This document shows, in pieces, positions 46,373 through 56,167 of a stretch of DNA of 64,000 nt. The stretch spans positions 1-64,000 of the forward strand of contig JAWBTQ010000003.1 of NCBI GenBank assembly GCA_038841535.1, given 5' to 3'. Numbering within the stretch: position 1 is the first letter of the stretch; the number at the start of each line of letters is the position of its first letter. The DNA is from Sulfolobales archaeon. Lineage in GTDB: Archaea; Thermoproteota; Thermoprotei_A; Sulfolobales; NBVN01. A program made the translations under genes and the position numbers. The notes beneath the pieces were generated by a model. It did not search any database. It worked only from the letters and a program-made list of their open reading frames with translations, and was not told the DNA's origin.

Positions 46373-47085
46373 AATGCTTCACACCCTACGACAGGACCGT
46401 CTCTACAGAGCAGAAGCCCGCCGATCACGCAACTGCCGCAAACCCCTAAACCACACTTCACTAGTGTTTCAGCTATAACGAGCCCCGACCTAACGCTGCG
46501 ACCTTTTAACCAACTACACACTCTTTTAACCATCTCCGTAGGTCCGGATACGAGAACTAACTCGTTGCTGTTTAAGTTCAACTTGTCTAAGTAGTCTGTG
46601 AGCTTACCGCAGAAACCGAAAGTGCAGTCCTCACTAGCAACTGCTAAAACCTTTAGCTTTGGAAACCTCGTGATTAGAGCCTCAGCTAGCTCTCCATGCT
46701 TAACACCCCATATTCCACTAAAACTCTCGAGGTATTTAGTATAGTAGAGCACTGGTGCTATGCCTGAGCCACCCACTAAGAACGCAGGCTTCTCGATCTC
46801 TATAAAGCTCTGCCCTACAGGCTCTGAAATAGCAATAACATCTCCCGGCTTCCTGAGAGATAGGCTCTTAGTGCCCTCACCAACAACCTTGTAGAAGAAC
46901 TTAACTAATCCGTTCTCGTAGTAGGCATAGCTCAGTGGTATCAAGTCTACTCCTGGAACCCAAACCATCGAGAACTGCGGCGGTAGTGGCGTCTTTCTGA
47001 GCTTGCGAAGAGTTTTGACAACCAGAATATAATAATTTCCATAAACTTGCTCGTTGGATACCACTTTCGACGGTACGTAGCTCAA
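46369..47085 (-). CDS. pyrK: Dihydroorotate dehydrogenase electron-transfer subunit
   Basis: GGSGIAP, CGLGVCGSC..CRDGPV. Confidence 0.92.
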   Translation of the reverse strand: MSYVPSKVVSNEQVYGNYYILVVKTLRKLRKTPLPPQFSMVWVPGVDLIPLSYAYYENGLVKFFYKVVGEGTKSLSLRKPGDVIAISEPVGQSFIEIEKPAFLVGGSGIAPVLYYTKYLESFSGIWGVKHGELAEALITRFPKLKVLAVASEDCTFGFCGKLTDYLDKLNLNSNELVLVSGPTEMVKRVCSWLKGRSVRSGLVIAETLVKCGLGVCGSCVIGGLLLCRDGPVVGCEAF

Positions 47086-47669
47086 TCTTCAACTACCTGA
47101 GACATTATTAAGTCGTATTGCTCTTTAATGATTAAATTCCTCTTTAGTGCCTCACTAGCTAAACTAGCTATATCACAAAGAGATACCAGCTTTAACCCTA
47201 AGTTTTTCACGAGCTTTCCACCGCCCTGTTGCCTATTAAAGGCTACAGCAGCTAGCACCGGGATGGCTCCAGAGCTTGTGAGGGCTTCATACGCTCTCCT
47301 TATAGTGCCTCCAGTAGTTAAGACATCGTCAACTATAGCGACTCTCAAATTTCTTACATCTCCCTCAACCTCTCTCCCTAAACCATGGTTTTTCGGCTCA
47401 CTTCTAACGAAAGTTACCGGCATATCGAATAGGGCTCCCACGTACGAGGCTATTAGTGCTCCAGCTACAGCAACTCCAACGAGTGCGTCAACGTTTTCTT
47501 TTCGCACCATTAACCCTATTTCGTATGCTGCTCTCTTAATGTAGCTTGGTACCATAGTGGCTTCCTTAAAGTTTATGTAGTAATAGGACTCTATACCCGA
47601 CGACAACTTGAACTTACCGAACTTCACTAACCCTAATTTCACAGCCTCTAGACAGAGCTCGTGCGGCAA
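47082..47669 (-). CDS. pyrE: Orotate phosphoribosyltransferase
   Basis: FKLSSG, IVDDVLTTGG. Confidence 0.95.
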   Translation of the reverse strand: MPHELCLEAVKLGLVKFGKFKLSSGIESYYYINFKEATMVPSYIKRAAYEIGLMVRKENVDALVGVAVAGALIASYVGALFDMPVTFVRSEPKNHGLGREVEGDVRNLRVAIVDDVLTTGGTIRRAYEALTSSGAIPVLAAVAFNRQQGGGKLVKNLGLKLVSLCDIASLASEALKRNLIIKEQYDLIMSQVVED

Positions 47670-48334
47670 GATCTCACCTCTTTCTCTACTTCGCTTATAA
47701 CTTCTCTGGCAACTCTGAGTGGATCGGGAGCTCTAACTACAGACCTACCAACTATTTCGTAGTTTGCCCCATGACATATGGCGGTCCCGTATTTAGCTCC
47801 TTGAGCACCGACACCAGGTGAAAGAATCTTAGTAGAGCTTCCGAGTGCGGCTCTTGCTTCACTTACGAGGCGCGGTCTAGTTGCTGGAACGACGACGCCC
47901 CAAACATTGAGCTCTCTAGCTATCTTCAGGAACTCACTAAAGTGTTTATCGTAAAACTCCTTAGATCCTTCGTGGCTCATCGAAATTAGGAGAGCTACGT
48001 TAACACCCAGCTTCGACGCCTTATCTACTAAGGCTTCTAAACCACCTCGAACACCTACAAATGCGTGAACTATAGCTATACTATAACCTAGTTCCGCTAT
48101 TGCTTCAATGGAGCTGCTCATAACATCCCCAATATCAGCAAGCTTAAAGTCGGCAACTCCCAGAACGTCGGCTCTCCGAGCTAGCTTAGCTATGTCTCTT
48201 AGTAGCTCTGTTCCTTTCTTGAGAAGTAAGGGTAGACCTACTTTAACTCCATCAAACATCGAAATTAGTCTACCTAAACACTCTAGTTCTCTACATGCGT
48301 CAGGTAGACCATCTAGGGCTAGTACTACTCCCGT
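47648..48334 (-). CDS. pyrF: OMP decarboxylase; N-terminus extends upstream of the ORF-track ATG (ACG 48334 or GTT 48343)
   Basis: VVLALD upstream in frame, DFKLADIG, SPGVGAQG, IVGR. Confidence 0.9.
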   Translation of the reverse strand, partial: TGVVLALDGLPDACRELECLGRLISMFDGVKVGLPLLLKKGTELLRDIAKLARRADVLGVADFKLADIGDVMSSSIEAIAELGYSIAIVHAFVGVRGGLEALVDKASKLGVNVALLISMSHEGSKEFYDKHFSEFLKIARELNVWGVVVPATRPRLVSEARAALGSSTKILSPGVGAQGAKYGTAICHGANYEIVGRSVVRAPDPLRVAREVISEVEKEVRSCRTSSV

Positions 48335-48584
48335 ATGCCCAACCCATTTATACTGTTGAGCTTAAAAGCACGTAGAACTTAAAACCATATCGAGTTGAAC
48401 CTCGCTGAGCAATAGAGACTTCCTACAACCACTGTTTAATGCTTTAATACTCATAGTGTATTAAGGGCACTAGCTAGAGTCTGTCCATGCGATACATTAG
48501 TAGACCCCTTCGCTAAATAGCATAATAATTCTGATACTGTGGACCTTACTAAGCAATTTAAATCTATCCACAACAGTATTAGGG

Positions 48585-48661
<77 letters not shown>

Positions 48662-48857
48662 CTTTTCTAGCCCGAATATGACACCTAGAGCTAAAACTGG
48701 GTAGCGTTACGAGAAAATATCGTGATGAACTAAGGTTAGCATACTTAACTACTCAACCTAGAAAGCTCTTAACTCCTCCCTAAAGTAGCGTCTAGGGCTA
48801 CCGTCTCTCAGCCCCACATAGAGTTGTGGTTTTAATACTTTACGTAGTGAGTATTAC

Positions 48858-50495
48858 TTGATGTATATATCTGAAGTGATAACTGCGGTCGCTATAGTGG
48901 TTCTAAACATAGTTATTGGAGTATCCTTTAGTGCCCCTGGTTTAATCACGACCCACTACTTACCTCTGGTACCGTTTATAGTCGCAGTGTGCGGTTTTCT
49001 TGCTAGTAAGTTGAGGAACGCTCTGATAGTCCTCATCGAGGCTTTACTCATTGTAGTAGTCGTAGCGATGTACTCTCGCTTTGAGCTCCTTGTATCGTAC
49101 CTGTTTTCGTATGTTCTCGGCTTCGCTATAGGCTTATTAAGAAGAAAGAGTCCTCTAGATTTCAGGTTGTGGACTCCAGCTAACTATTACCACACCGTGT
49201 TCTCGCTAGGGTTCTCTCTAGTAGGTGCCGGTATTGTCGGACTATCAGGGATCCCTCTCGAAACTCCTGCAGGCGCCCTCATCAGGAGGGGGGCATCAGC
49301 CGAGACCCTAGTTTTTACTATCGCAGTCTACGTAGTTCAAGCTTACGTATCCTCAGCAGCACCTAGTGCTAGCTTGATGGTGTTGGCTTTACTATCGCTG
49401 CTTTCACCATATACTCTTCCGATATTAGCCGTTCTCCCTTATTTAGGTGGTGCTACCCGAGTATATCTCAAAAACCGCTTCTTGAAGGTGGGTAAGGTAG
49501 TTGAAGTCGTCAAGGGAGTTAGAGCTAGAGAGCTTCTAATCCCATTTGAGAGAGGACTTAATAGGAATATTGTTATCGTTGGTGCTACTGGCACAGGCAA
49601 ATCCACTCTAGCGAAGCATTTAGTTAACCAGGTTAGGGCTCTGGGTATACCTGTCGTCGTCTTCGACGTGCACGGCGAGCACTGCAGTGAATGTGAAGAA
49701 TGTGAGTGTGTTGATGCTACTGAGCTATCTGTAGACATATTCCGAATATACGAAGAGGATCCTAAGACTCGGGCAGAGTTTGTAGCTGACGCTATATCGG
49801 AAATATACTCTCTTGGAAACCTTCAGAGGATAGCTCTCTCTAAGGCTTTATCGCATGTGTATGGAATCGCTCATGGAGGTTTAGGATTCGACTACCTTCT
49901 CGAATACCTTTGGAGGGCTTCTTACGGAGAGGTAGACCTCGGAGTCCCTCAAACCGTTGTTCGCTCTCTCATACCCTATTTAGAGAAATTGAAGAGCGTC
50001 TTTAAAACCAGTGGTAAAAGCATAGTAGAATTCGTGAATACTGTAACAATAGTCGACTACTCAAAATTGAGTAGCGGAGTAGCTACGATAATATCTGAGA
50101 TAGCTACCGACGAACTCTACCATACATTCAAAGACCTTAATAGAGAGTTCGTTCTAGTTGTGGATGAGGCACACAGATTCTTGAGAAAGGGAAGGGCTCT
50201 ATCGAGGTTATTCAGAGAAGGTAGAAAGTACGGTATATCATCGATCCTGATAACACAGGATGTTATCAGCATCCCGAGAGAACTACTCCTAAATACTGCG
50301 GCACTAATCTCGTTTTCTGTACCTGAGGTCTCTACAGCACGATACATAGCAAAAATAATCTCTCCTGGTGACACAAATCTTTACGAAAAAATCCTCAGCA
50401 AGCTTACATCCCTACCTCAATTCTACGCTCTTACATCAATACCCGGTATGGGGTCTTACATCATTGAGACTCAAAAACCGTACTTTACGCAATAG
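48858..50495 (+). CDS. Membrane-anchored HerA/VirB4/FtsK-like ATPase (DUF87)
   Basis: Multi-TM N-terminus, GATGTGKS, FDVHGE, VDEAHRF, REGRKYG, ITQ. Confidence 0.85.
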   Translation: MMYISEVITAVAIVVLNIVIGVSFSAPGLITTHYLPLVPFIVAVCGFLASKLRNALIVLIEALLIVVVVAMYSRFELLVSYLFSYVLGFAIGLLRRKSPLDFRLWTPANYYHTVFSLGFSLVGAGIVGLSGIPLETPAGALIRRGASAETLVFTIAVYVVQAYVSSAAPSASLMVLALLSLLSPYTLPILAVLPYLGGATRVYLKNRFLKVGKVVEVVKGVRARELLIPFERGLNRNIVIVGATGTGKSTLAKHLVNQVRALGIPVVVFDVHGEHCSECEECECVDATELSVDIFRIYEEDPKTRAEFVADAISEIYSLGNLQRIALSKALSHVYGIAHGGLGFDYLLEYLWRASYGEVDLGVPQTVVRSLIPYLEKLKSVFKTSGKSIVEFVNTVTIVDYSKLSSGVATIISEIATDELYHTFKDLNREFVLVVDEAHRFLRKGRALSRLFREGRKYGISSILITQDVISIPRELLLNTAALISFSVPEVSTARYIAKIISPGDTNLYEKILSKLTSLPQFYALTSIPGMGSYIIETQKPYFTQ

Positions 50496-50522
50496 AGAAA
50501 ATAATAGCACTCCTCTCGTTTC

Positions 50523-50781
50523 CAGTTTTGACCCTTACTTCTAGAGCCCAAGATGCTGAGGTAAGCTAGAATACGGCAACAAAACACCTCACCGCCTAAG
50601 ATGAAGGTCTGTAGGACATAGTGACAGGTATAAACTCCTCTTAAAGAGTACAGGATGTGGGGTCTCAGGGTACCTTAGAACACCTACGAGGACGACGTCG
50701 ACCCAAGTTCGATGTAAGAGGAGGGATGAGGCGATAACCGATAACGTTAAGTAATATAAGTCATCATGAGAGTGGACTCCC
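50523..50781 (+). mobile_element. Degenerate mini-element / omega-RNA-like remnant
   Basis: Follows CGTTTC; GATGTGGGGTCTCAGGG..GACCCAAG..GATGAGGC aligns with the 23.3-kb copy. Confidence 0.55.
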
Positions 50782-50854
50782 GCGAACTAGAGCCGCTAAC
50801 GTAGGAGCACCTAATGCTTTTAAATCTCTGTGCTATCTTGTTGTGGTGCGTCTC

Positions 50855-51142
50855 TTGCCAAAAAAGCGTGAAAGTAGAGGTAGAAGGAAGGGTAGTAAGG
50901 GATCTGTTGAGACTGTACAGTGTGACCAGTGCGGTAGGCTCATACCAGAGGATAAAGCCATATGTGTAACTAAGTGGTACTCTCCAGTAGATCCTCAACT
51001 AGCTGATGAACTAGAGAAGAAGGGATCGATCATAGCTAAGTACCCGGTTACGAGGTGCTACTGTGTTAGCTGCGCAGTGTTCATGGGGATAGTTAAGGTT
51101 AGACCTGAGGAGGAAAGAAAGAGGAGAGATATCCTCAAGTAG
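50855..51142 (+). CDS. rps26e: 30S ribosomal protein eS26
   Basis: PKKRESRGRRKG..CDQCGR..PEDKA..YCVSCA. Confidence 0.97.
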   Translation: MPKKRESRGRRKGSKGSVETVQCDQCGRLIPEDKAICVTKWYSPVDPQLADELEKKGSIIAKYPVTRCYCVSCAVFMGIVKVRPEEERKRRDILK

Positions 51143-51171
51143 TAATAAAACCAGGACACGTCATAATTTAA

Positions 51172-51220
51172 GTGATGAAAGCTGGTATTTCTGATGTGTG
51201 ATGTGTGATACCAGAACTGA
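51172..51220 (+). ncRNA. Double-guide C/D-box sRNA targeting 16S helix 18
   Basis: GTGATGA-12nt-CTGA-GTGATGT-12nt-CTGA; guides GCTGGTATT and TGATACCAGA antisense to adjacent 16S sites (29614-29643). Confidence 0.85.
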
Positions 51221-51239
51221 TTTGTGAAGTACTCTACCT

Positions 51240-52345
51240 ATCGTGGTCAATATCGAGAACCTCATTAACGCAGAACTTGTTTACTGCAGTCCGCTTGCCT
51301 TCACCAAAGAGCATCTATCTTTCACGATAGTAGCACGAGAGATGCGTAAGGGGAGGTACTACAAAGCGTTGAAGCTAAAGTAGGGGTTGTTGGCGAGAAC
51401 CATAGCCAGCTACTATAAGATTTAATACTGATTAGACGCGCTCTCTAAAAGTCTTTTGACTCTCTGCAGGAGCTCGATAAATTACCGAAGAAAAGACGGC
51501 CCCGCCAGCTACTCTACCCAGATCTCAAGAAGTGCGGCTTCAGAGCACGTGTAGCTAGAAACGTGTGCGATACAGACCTTCGTTAGTGAAGTTAGCAAAG
51601 AGAAACACAGCTCAAAGCCTATTATCGAGAGGACGCACACTCCGATGGGTGTGCTAGCACTAGACATCAACCTCAAGCAAATAACGGTATTGATGGGTGT
51701 GATGTGAGAAGGTAAATGACGAGGTTCATGAACGTGCTCAGCAAGAAGGCTAGAGCAAAAGAAATAGAAGGAAGTACATGGAGAGATGGAGATGCAACAA
51801 GAGGGTTCTGAGCAGAGTTAGGGCTCCACATAGAAAAGCAAGAAACATCATACCAGGCTTGTCTGAGAAATTCACTAAGGAGTTAGTACTAAAGGCAAGA
51901 AAACGTAGATACGCAATCGCAGTAGAGGACTTAACCTATTGAGGAACATTATCAACACGAGTTAATCTCGTTGCCTGAAAGCTACCGTTATTCGCATACA
52001 GGAAAACAATTGAAACAATTGTTTGCAAAGCAGCAGAGTATAACATACCGGTAGTGCCCTGGACCCGAGGAATGCACCACCCACTTGCTCTAATAGCAGG
52101 TTACTCTGAAATACGCTAGCAGGTTATCTACCTGAAAATGCGGCTTCGTAGGGGATAGGAATGTTGTTGGAGTCGTGAACGTGTGGCTAAGGGCTCTCTA
52201 CGAGTATGTAGGGGGCTGGGGTCTCTTACGAGAGCTCCGCTGTGAAAAATGAAACAAGACAGAGTGAGGAAACCACACATGAAGAGATTACCGTAACCGC
52301 AGTTATTCAGAAGTAATAAAAGTGTCAACATGACCTAAACCCTAG
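51240..52345 (+). pseudogene. tnpB: Decayed tnpB element; limits approximate
   Basis: Fragments VLALDINL, YAIAVEDL, KAAEYNIPV, DPRN, KCGFVGDRNVVGVVN in shifting frames. Confidence 0.8.
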
Positions 52346-52397
52346 AGTAAAAGCTAGAGTTACAGCTGAGTGCTTTGCCCTCTAAAGAGACGGGAGA

Positions 52398-52688
52398 TCA
52401 GCCCGACTTCTTTTTCTTTCTTACCGCTTTCCTTTCTTTAACAACTTTTCTTTCTCTCTTTTTTCTCTCTTTTGCTGTCGATGTACTACTTAGCTTACCC
52501 ATCTCCTCGATGTATCTAGCTGGCTCACTAGAGCGGGATGCTTCGTAGAGTAGGTCGCTAATCTTAATCATAATCTCAAGTCCTCCAACATCGACGACGA
52601 AATCGGGTGGTGCTTCTTCTAGTGCCTCTGGCGCCTCTTCCACTTCCTCCGCTCTTTCCTCTATATCCGCTTTTTCCTCCTCACTCAC
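52398..52688 (-). CDS. RNA polymerase subunit Rpo13-like protein
   Basis: Acidic N-terminus, short helical core, Lys/Arg tail. Confidence 0.55.
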   Translation of the reverse strand: MSEEEKADIEERAEEVEEAPEALEEAPPDFVVDVGGLEIMIKISDLLYEASRSSEPARYIEEMGKLSSTSTAKERKKRERKVVKERKAVRKKKKSG

Positions 52689-52824
52689 ACTGATGCCCCT
52701 AATCTTTTAGAAAGGAGTTTAAGAATTTAAAGGATAGCGTGCGTGGAGTGACTGATGGTTTTACTGTGCAATAGCTAATAAATTCTTGAAGAAGCTACTT
52801 CGTGGAGTAAGCAAGGTATGAAAT

Positions 52825-53355
52825 ATGAGTATTAAGCTGTTTGTTTTAAGGTGTGGGTCCGATGACCCTCGGAAGTCTACAGCCCTTAAGCTAGTTAGAA
52901 AAGGAATTGCCCAAAAAGCTCAGATCAGTGAGCTACCGAAATGCTGTGTGTTGCTTACGGTATATTCAAGTAAGGTGCTCTCACCGCAAGATAGAGAGCT
53001 AGTAAGGAAATGTGGCATAGCCGTCATAGACTCCTCTTGGAGAAGCGATATGGGCATTATCGAAAACATCAGCAAGAACTGGGCGGGACCTAAGAGAGTT
53101 CTACCCGCACTCGTCGCTGGCAACCCCATAAATTACGGACACGTCTCATTACTCAGCTCGGCAGAAGCTCTCGCCGCAGCTCTATACATAACCGGGTTTC
53201 TAGAAGAGTCATTAAACGTGCTCTCTCAGTTTAAGTGGGGTCAGACATTCTTGTACCTAAACCGAGAGTTACTAGAGTCGTACAGAAAAGCTTCTACCGT
53301 CGAAGAGCTCCTGGACGTGCAAGCAGAGTTTCTAAAATCAAGAAACTTAGTATAA
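52825..53355 (+). CDS. tsr3: 16S rRNA aminocarboxypropyltransferase
   Basis: DDPRKSTALKL, DSSW, LPALVAGNPINYG, LSSAEA, FKWG. Confidence 0.95.
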   Translation: MSIKLFVLRCGSDDPRKSTALKLVRKGIAQKAQISELPKCCVLLTVYSSKVLSPQDRELVRKCGIAVIDSSWRSDMGIIENISKNWAGPKRVLPALVAGNPINYGHVSLLSSAEALAAALYITGFLEESLNVLSQFKWGQTFLYLNRELLESYRKASTVEELLDVQAEFLKSRNLV

Positions 53356-53512
53356 AATACCTGCCACATTAAACTCCACCTTTCCACGAATGCAAATACT
53401 CTCACTAATATCTAAGCTCAACCAGGGGACGGCATTGAGATATTCGATTCTAGAGCCAGATCGGTGCATTATTAAACAAATTTGTTTAATAGTAGACAGA
53501 TGTTGTCTACCA

Positions 53513-54295
53513 CTAGATTAACCTGAGGAAGACTATGTAACCTGTGTGTGCTATGTATAGCGTCCTGGGCCTCAAGGCTTTCGCTGTAGGCTCGAACTCC
53601 CTCATTAGAGTCTCGAAAACTCTCACGTCAACGCAAAAGCTCGAAGACTCCACATATTCCAGTAGCCTAATCACTTGGTTAACTGTAGGGAGGAAATTTA
53701 TTATGGGAGCCGATGGACGCACGGCGTTTCTAAGATGCTGGTAAACGTTCCATGGGTCCGGGATGTCTATAAAAACAGCGTCAAACTCTCTATCACCAGC
53801 TTTCTCGATTCCCAAGCGCGCATCAGCTACTTTTATGATGACGTTTTTGTCTAGACCAAGATTTGATAGGTTTCTCAAAGCAGCTTTTGCGTACTCCGGT
53901 CTCATTTCGTAACCTACAACTATGCCTCCAGGTCTAACTACGTTAGCTATGAAGGAGGTTAAGTAACCCGTTCCAACACCTATCTCAAGTACGTAGCTAC
54001 CGGGACCTATACCCGAGAGGAGTATCATGAGTCCCGCATCTTTCGGGTATATGACTTGCGTAACTCTTCTAAATTTTGATACAAGATCGAAATGTAGGGG
54101 TTTGAGAATGTAGGCCTTAATTCCGGTACTTAATGGAACCTGAGACCCGTAGCGAAGACCTATGACATTCCCCATGTCTAGACAACCTTTATCACTCTCA
54201 AACCTGGTTTCTCGAGAAACCTTAACGACTTTATGTCTCCTACTATCTACATAGACTAGTACATAGTCTCCTTCACTGATAACATCAGAGCTCAC
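53513..54295 (-). CDS. trmI: tRNA m1A58 methyltransferase
   Basis: TQVIYPKD, EIGVGTG, DIPDPW, HTGY. Confidence 0.95.
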   Translation of the reverse strand: MSSDVISEGDYVLVYVDSRRHKVVKVSRETRFESDKGCLDMGNVIGLRYGSQVPLSTGIKAYILKPLHFDLVSKFRRVTQVIYPKDAGLMILLSGIGPGSYVLEIGVGTGYLTSFIANVVRPGGIVVGYEMRPEYAKAALRNLSNLGLDKNVIIKVADARLGIEKAGDREFDAVFIDIPDPWNVYQHLRNAVRPSAPIINFLPTVNQVIRLLEYVESSSFCVDVRVFETLMREFEPTAKALRPRTLYIAHTGYIVFLRLI

Positions 54296-54484
54296 CTCTG
54301 ACACCAGCGACAGAACCGTATGATACAATAAATGCATGTTCGTAGATCTCTTACATCTACCCTAGGGATAGGGATTGAGCAGGAACACTGCTGTTACCAC
54401 ATAACTCTTGGTCGCATCGGTGTGGAGGAAGTATTGTAAATAATTTCGAATTCCTCCTTACTTTATGCCCCCACCATTCACATC

Positions 54485-55153
54485 TTAAGTTATCGGTGGT
54501 ACTTTCTCTAGCTTATACCAAGTGATCTCGTCACGCTTCAGTAGGGACTCTAAGTAACTTGAGTCTATATCTCCCTCAATTAGTAGGTAGTAAAAGCCGT
54601 CTACTACCGAGCTTTCAGCGATTTTGATAACTTCATACTTTTCAGTTATCGCCTTAATTATTTCTGACGCTAGATCTTTGAAGTAAGTAGTGAAGTACAC
54701 TGCTAGCTTAGGGGTGTTCTTCGGCACCATATAGACCCACCTAACTACCTCTTTTAGGGCTTTAAATTCGTTGGAAAACACTTTCTCGATCTCGTCACCA
54801 CTTAGTCCTCTAGATATCTCCCCCATGTTTTCGTAGACCCACGGACACATTAGGGATGTTGATACCTCAAGTGATGTTAGATTTACAAGCATCGGGAACA
54901 TCCTACATGAAAGAGGTTTCTCCCTTTGTATTCGACACGCTCTGCCAGGGATATCGTAGAAAGGGCAGTAACCGTCTATGATAAACCGATAAAACCCTTG
55001 ACCCAGGTTTTTAATGCTTAGCTTAAGATTCGTGAGCTCGCCTATCTTAACTAAGTACAGAACTTCGTGCCATAAGAGTATGGGGTTCTCTCTTTCTTCA
55101 GTAAAGAAGCAGCAGTGTATACACCTGTAACACTTAAATTCTATCGTCAACAC
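54485..55153 (-). CDS. YkgJ-family cysteine-cluster protein
   Basis: CYRCIHCC, CPF, C..KPLSCRMFP. Confidence 0.85.
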   Translation of the reverse strand: MLTIEFKCYRCIHCCFFTEERENPILLWHEVLYLVKIGELTNLKLSIKNLGQGFYRFIIDGYCPFYDIPGRACRIQREKPLSCRMFPMLVNLTSLEVSTSLMCPWVYENMGEISRGLSGDEIEKVFSNEFKALKEVVRWVYMVPKNTPKLAVYFTTYFKDLASEIIKAITEKYEVIKIAESSVVDGFYYLLIEGDIDSSYLESLLKRDEITWYKLEKVPPIT

Positions 55154-55542
55154 CTCAGATCTACGTATACGTAGTCACCGTCTTCAAGACCTAAGAGCCC
55201 CCTGAGGTACTTTGAGGATACGACTTCGAGAACGTTTGAACCGTGCCTAGATAGGTTCGGTCTTAACACAAGCACGTCGATAGAGCCTGTAGTGTCTGTA
55301 CTTATTTTACCTAGCCAATACTTAAACCCTCCGAATATGTTACTACCCGATATAACGCTCTTTATATATTGGGGTAAACAGTAAGTCTCTATCTCTGCAA
55401 CCGAGAGACTAGTTTCAATGTTTAACGTCCCTGGGTATGGCTCTTCACCTAGTATTTCTGTTAAAACTATATAGTACACGTGTTTGTTAACAAATATCCG
55501 CCCAAGACCTAACCCACTCATCACCTTACCTCTTAGCCGCAG
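55147..55542 (-). CDS. ribK: CTP-dependent riboflavin kinase (probable CTG start)
   Basis: LRLRGKVMSGLGLG..PYPGTLN..LEVVS..LR..L.DGD. Confidence 0.85.
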   Translation of the reverse strand: MRLRGKVMSGLGLGRIFVNKHVYYIVLTEILGEEPYPGTLNIETSLSVAEIETYCLPQYIKSVISGSNIFGGFKYWLGKISTDTTGSIDVLVLRPNLSRHGSNVLEVVSSKYLRGLLGLEDGDYVYVDLRC

Positions 55543-56167
55543 AAGCCCTCACCTCTTTAGATATTTTATCTGCTAAATATGTCGGTTCCGGTAGTTCATG
55601 GTGTTTAAAAAGAGTTTTAGAAAGAACACGCAAGCTGTTTAAGTCCACTCTGTGGCCAATACTGATGTAAAGCTCCTTTTTACCTTTACTCAACACTAAA
55701 CCTCCTGCGAAGTCCCCAACGAATACGAGCTTTTCATTACCTAAGCTCTCTACCCTCCCATAGAGTAAGCTCTTAGCTACTCCCACGGAGGGCTTATCTA
55801 AGACGACGCCTACATGTGATGCTATTCCAAACCTCCTCGGGTGAGTAATGCCGTGTCCGTCTACAACGAGTAAATCTGGTTCTTGGTCTAGGAGCTCGCA
55901 GGCCTTGATCAGTAAGGGAGCCTCTCTAAATGCCAGCAAGCCGGGTATGTAAGGTACTCTAACTTCTCCCCCAACTACTACGTATTCTACGAGATCGAGG
56001 TGAGGGTAGTTTAGTAGGGCTGCTACAGCTATTCCCTTATCCCTAGAGTAGCTTACATCAAGACCAGCTACATACTTAACTCTAGACAGATCTATCTCGG
56101 ATATGACTAAGTTTAAAGATAGCTTTTGTTGGAGCCTCTTCGCTACTTCAGTATCAAACCTCATCAA
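55526..56167 (-). CDS. nfi: Endonuclease V
   Basis: GLDVSY, PYIPGLLAFRE, DGHGITHPR, GVAK. Confidence 0.96.
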   Translation of the reverse strand: MMRFDTEVAKRLQQKLSLNLVISEIDLSRVKYVAGLDVSYSRDKGIAVAALLNYPHLDLVEYVVVGGEVRVPYIPGLLAFREAPLLIKACELLDQEPDLLVVDGHGITHPRRFGIASHVGVVLDKPSVGVAKSLLYGRVESLGNEKLVFVGDFAGGLVLSKGKKELYISIGHRVDLNSLRVLSKTLFKHHELPEPTYLADKISKEVRASAAKR

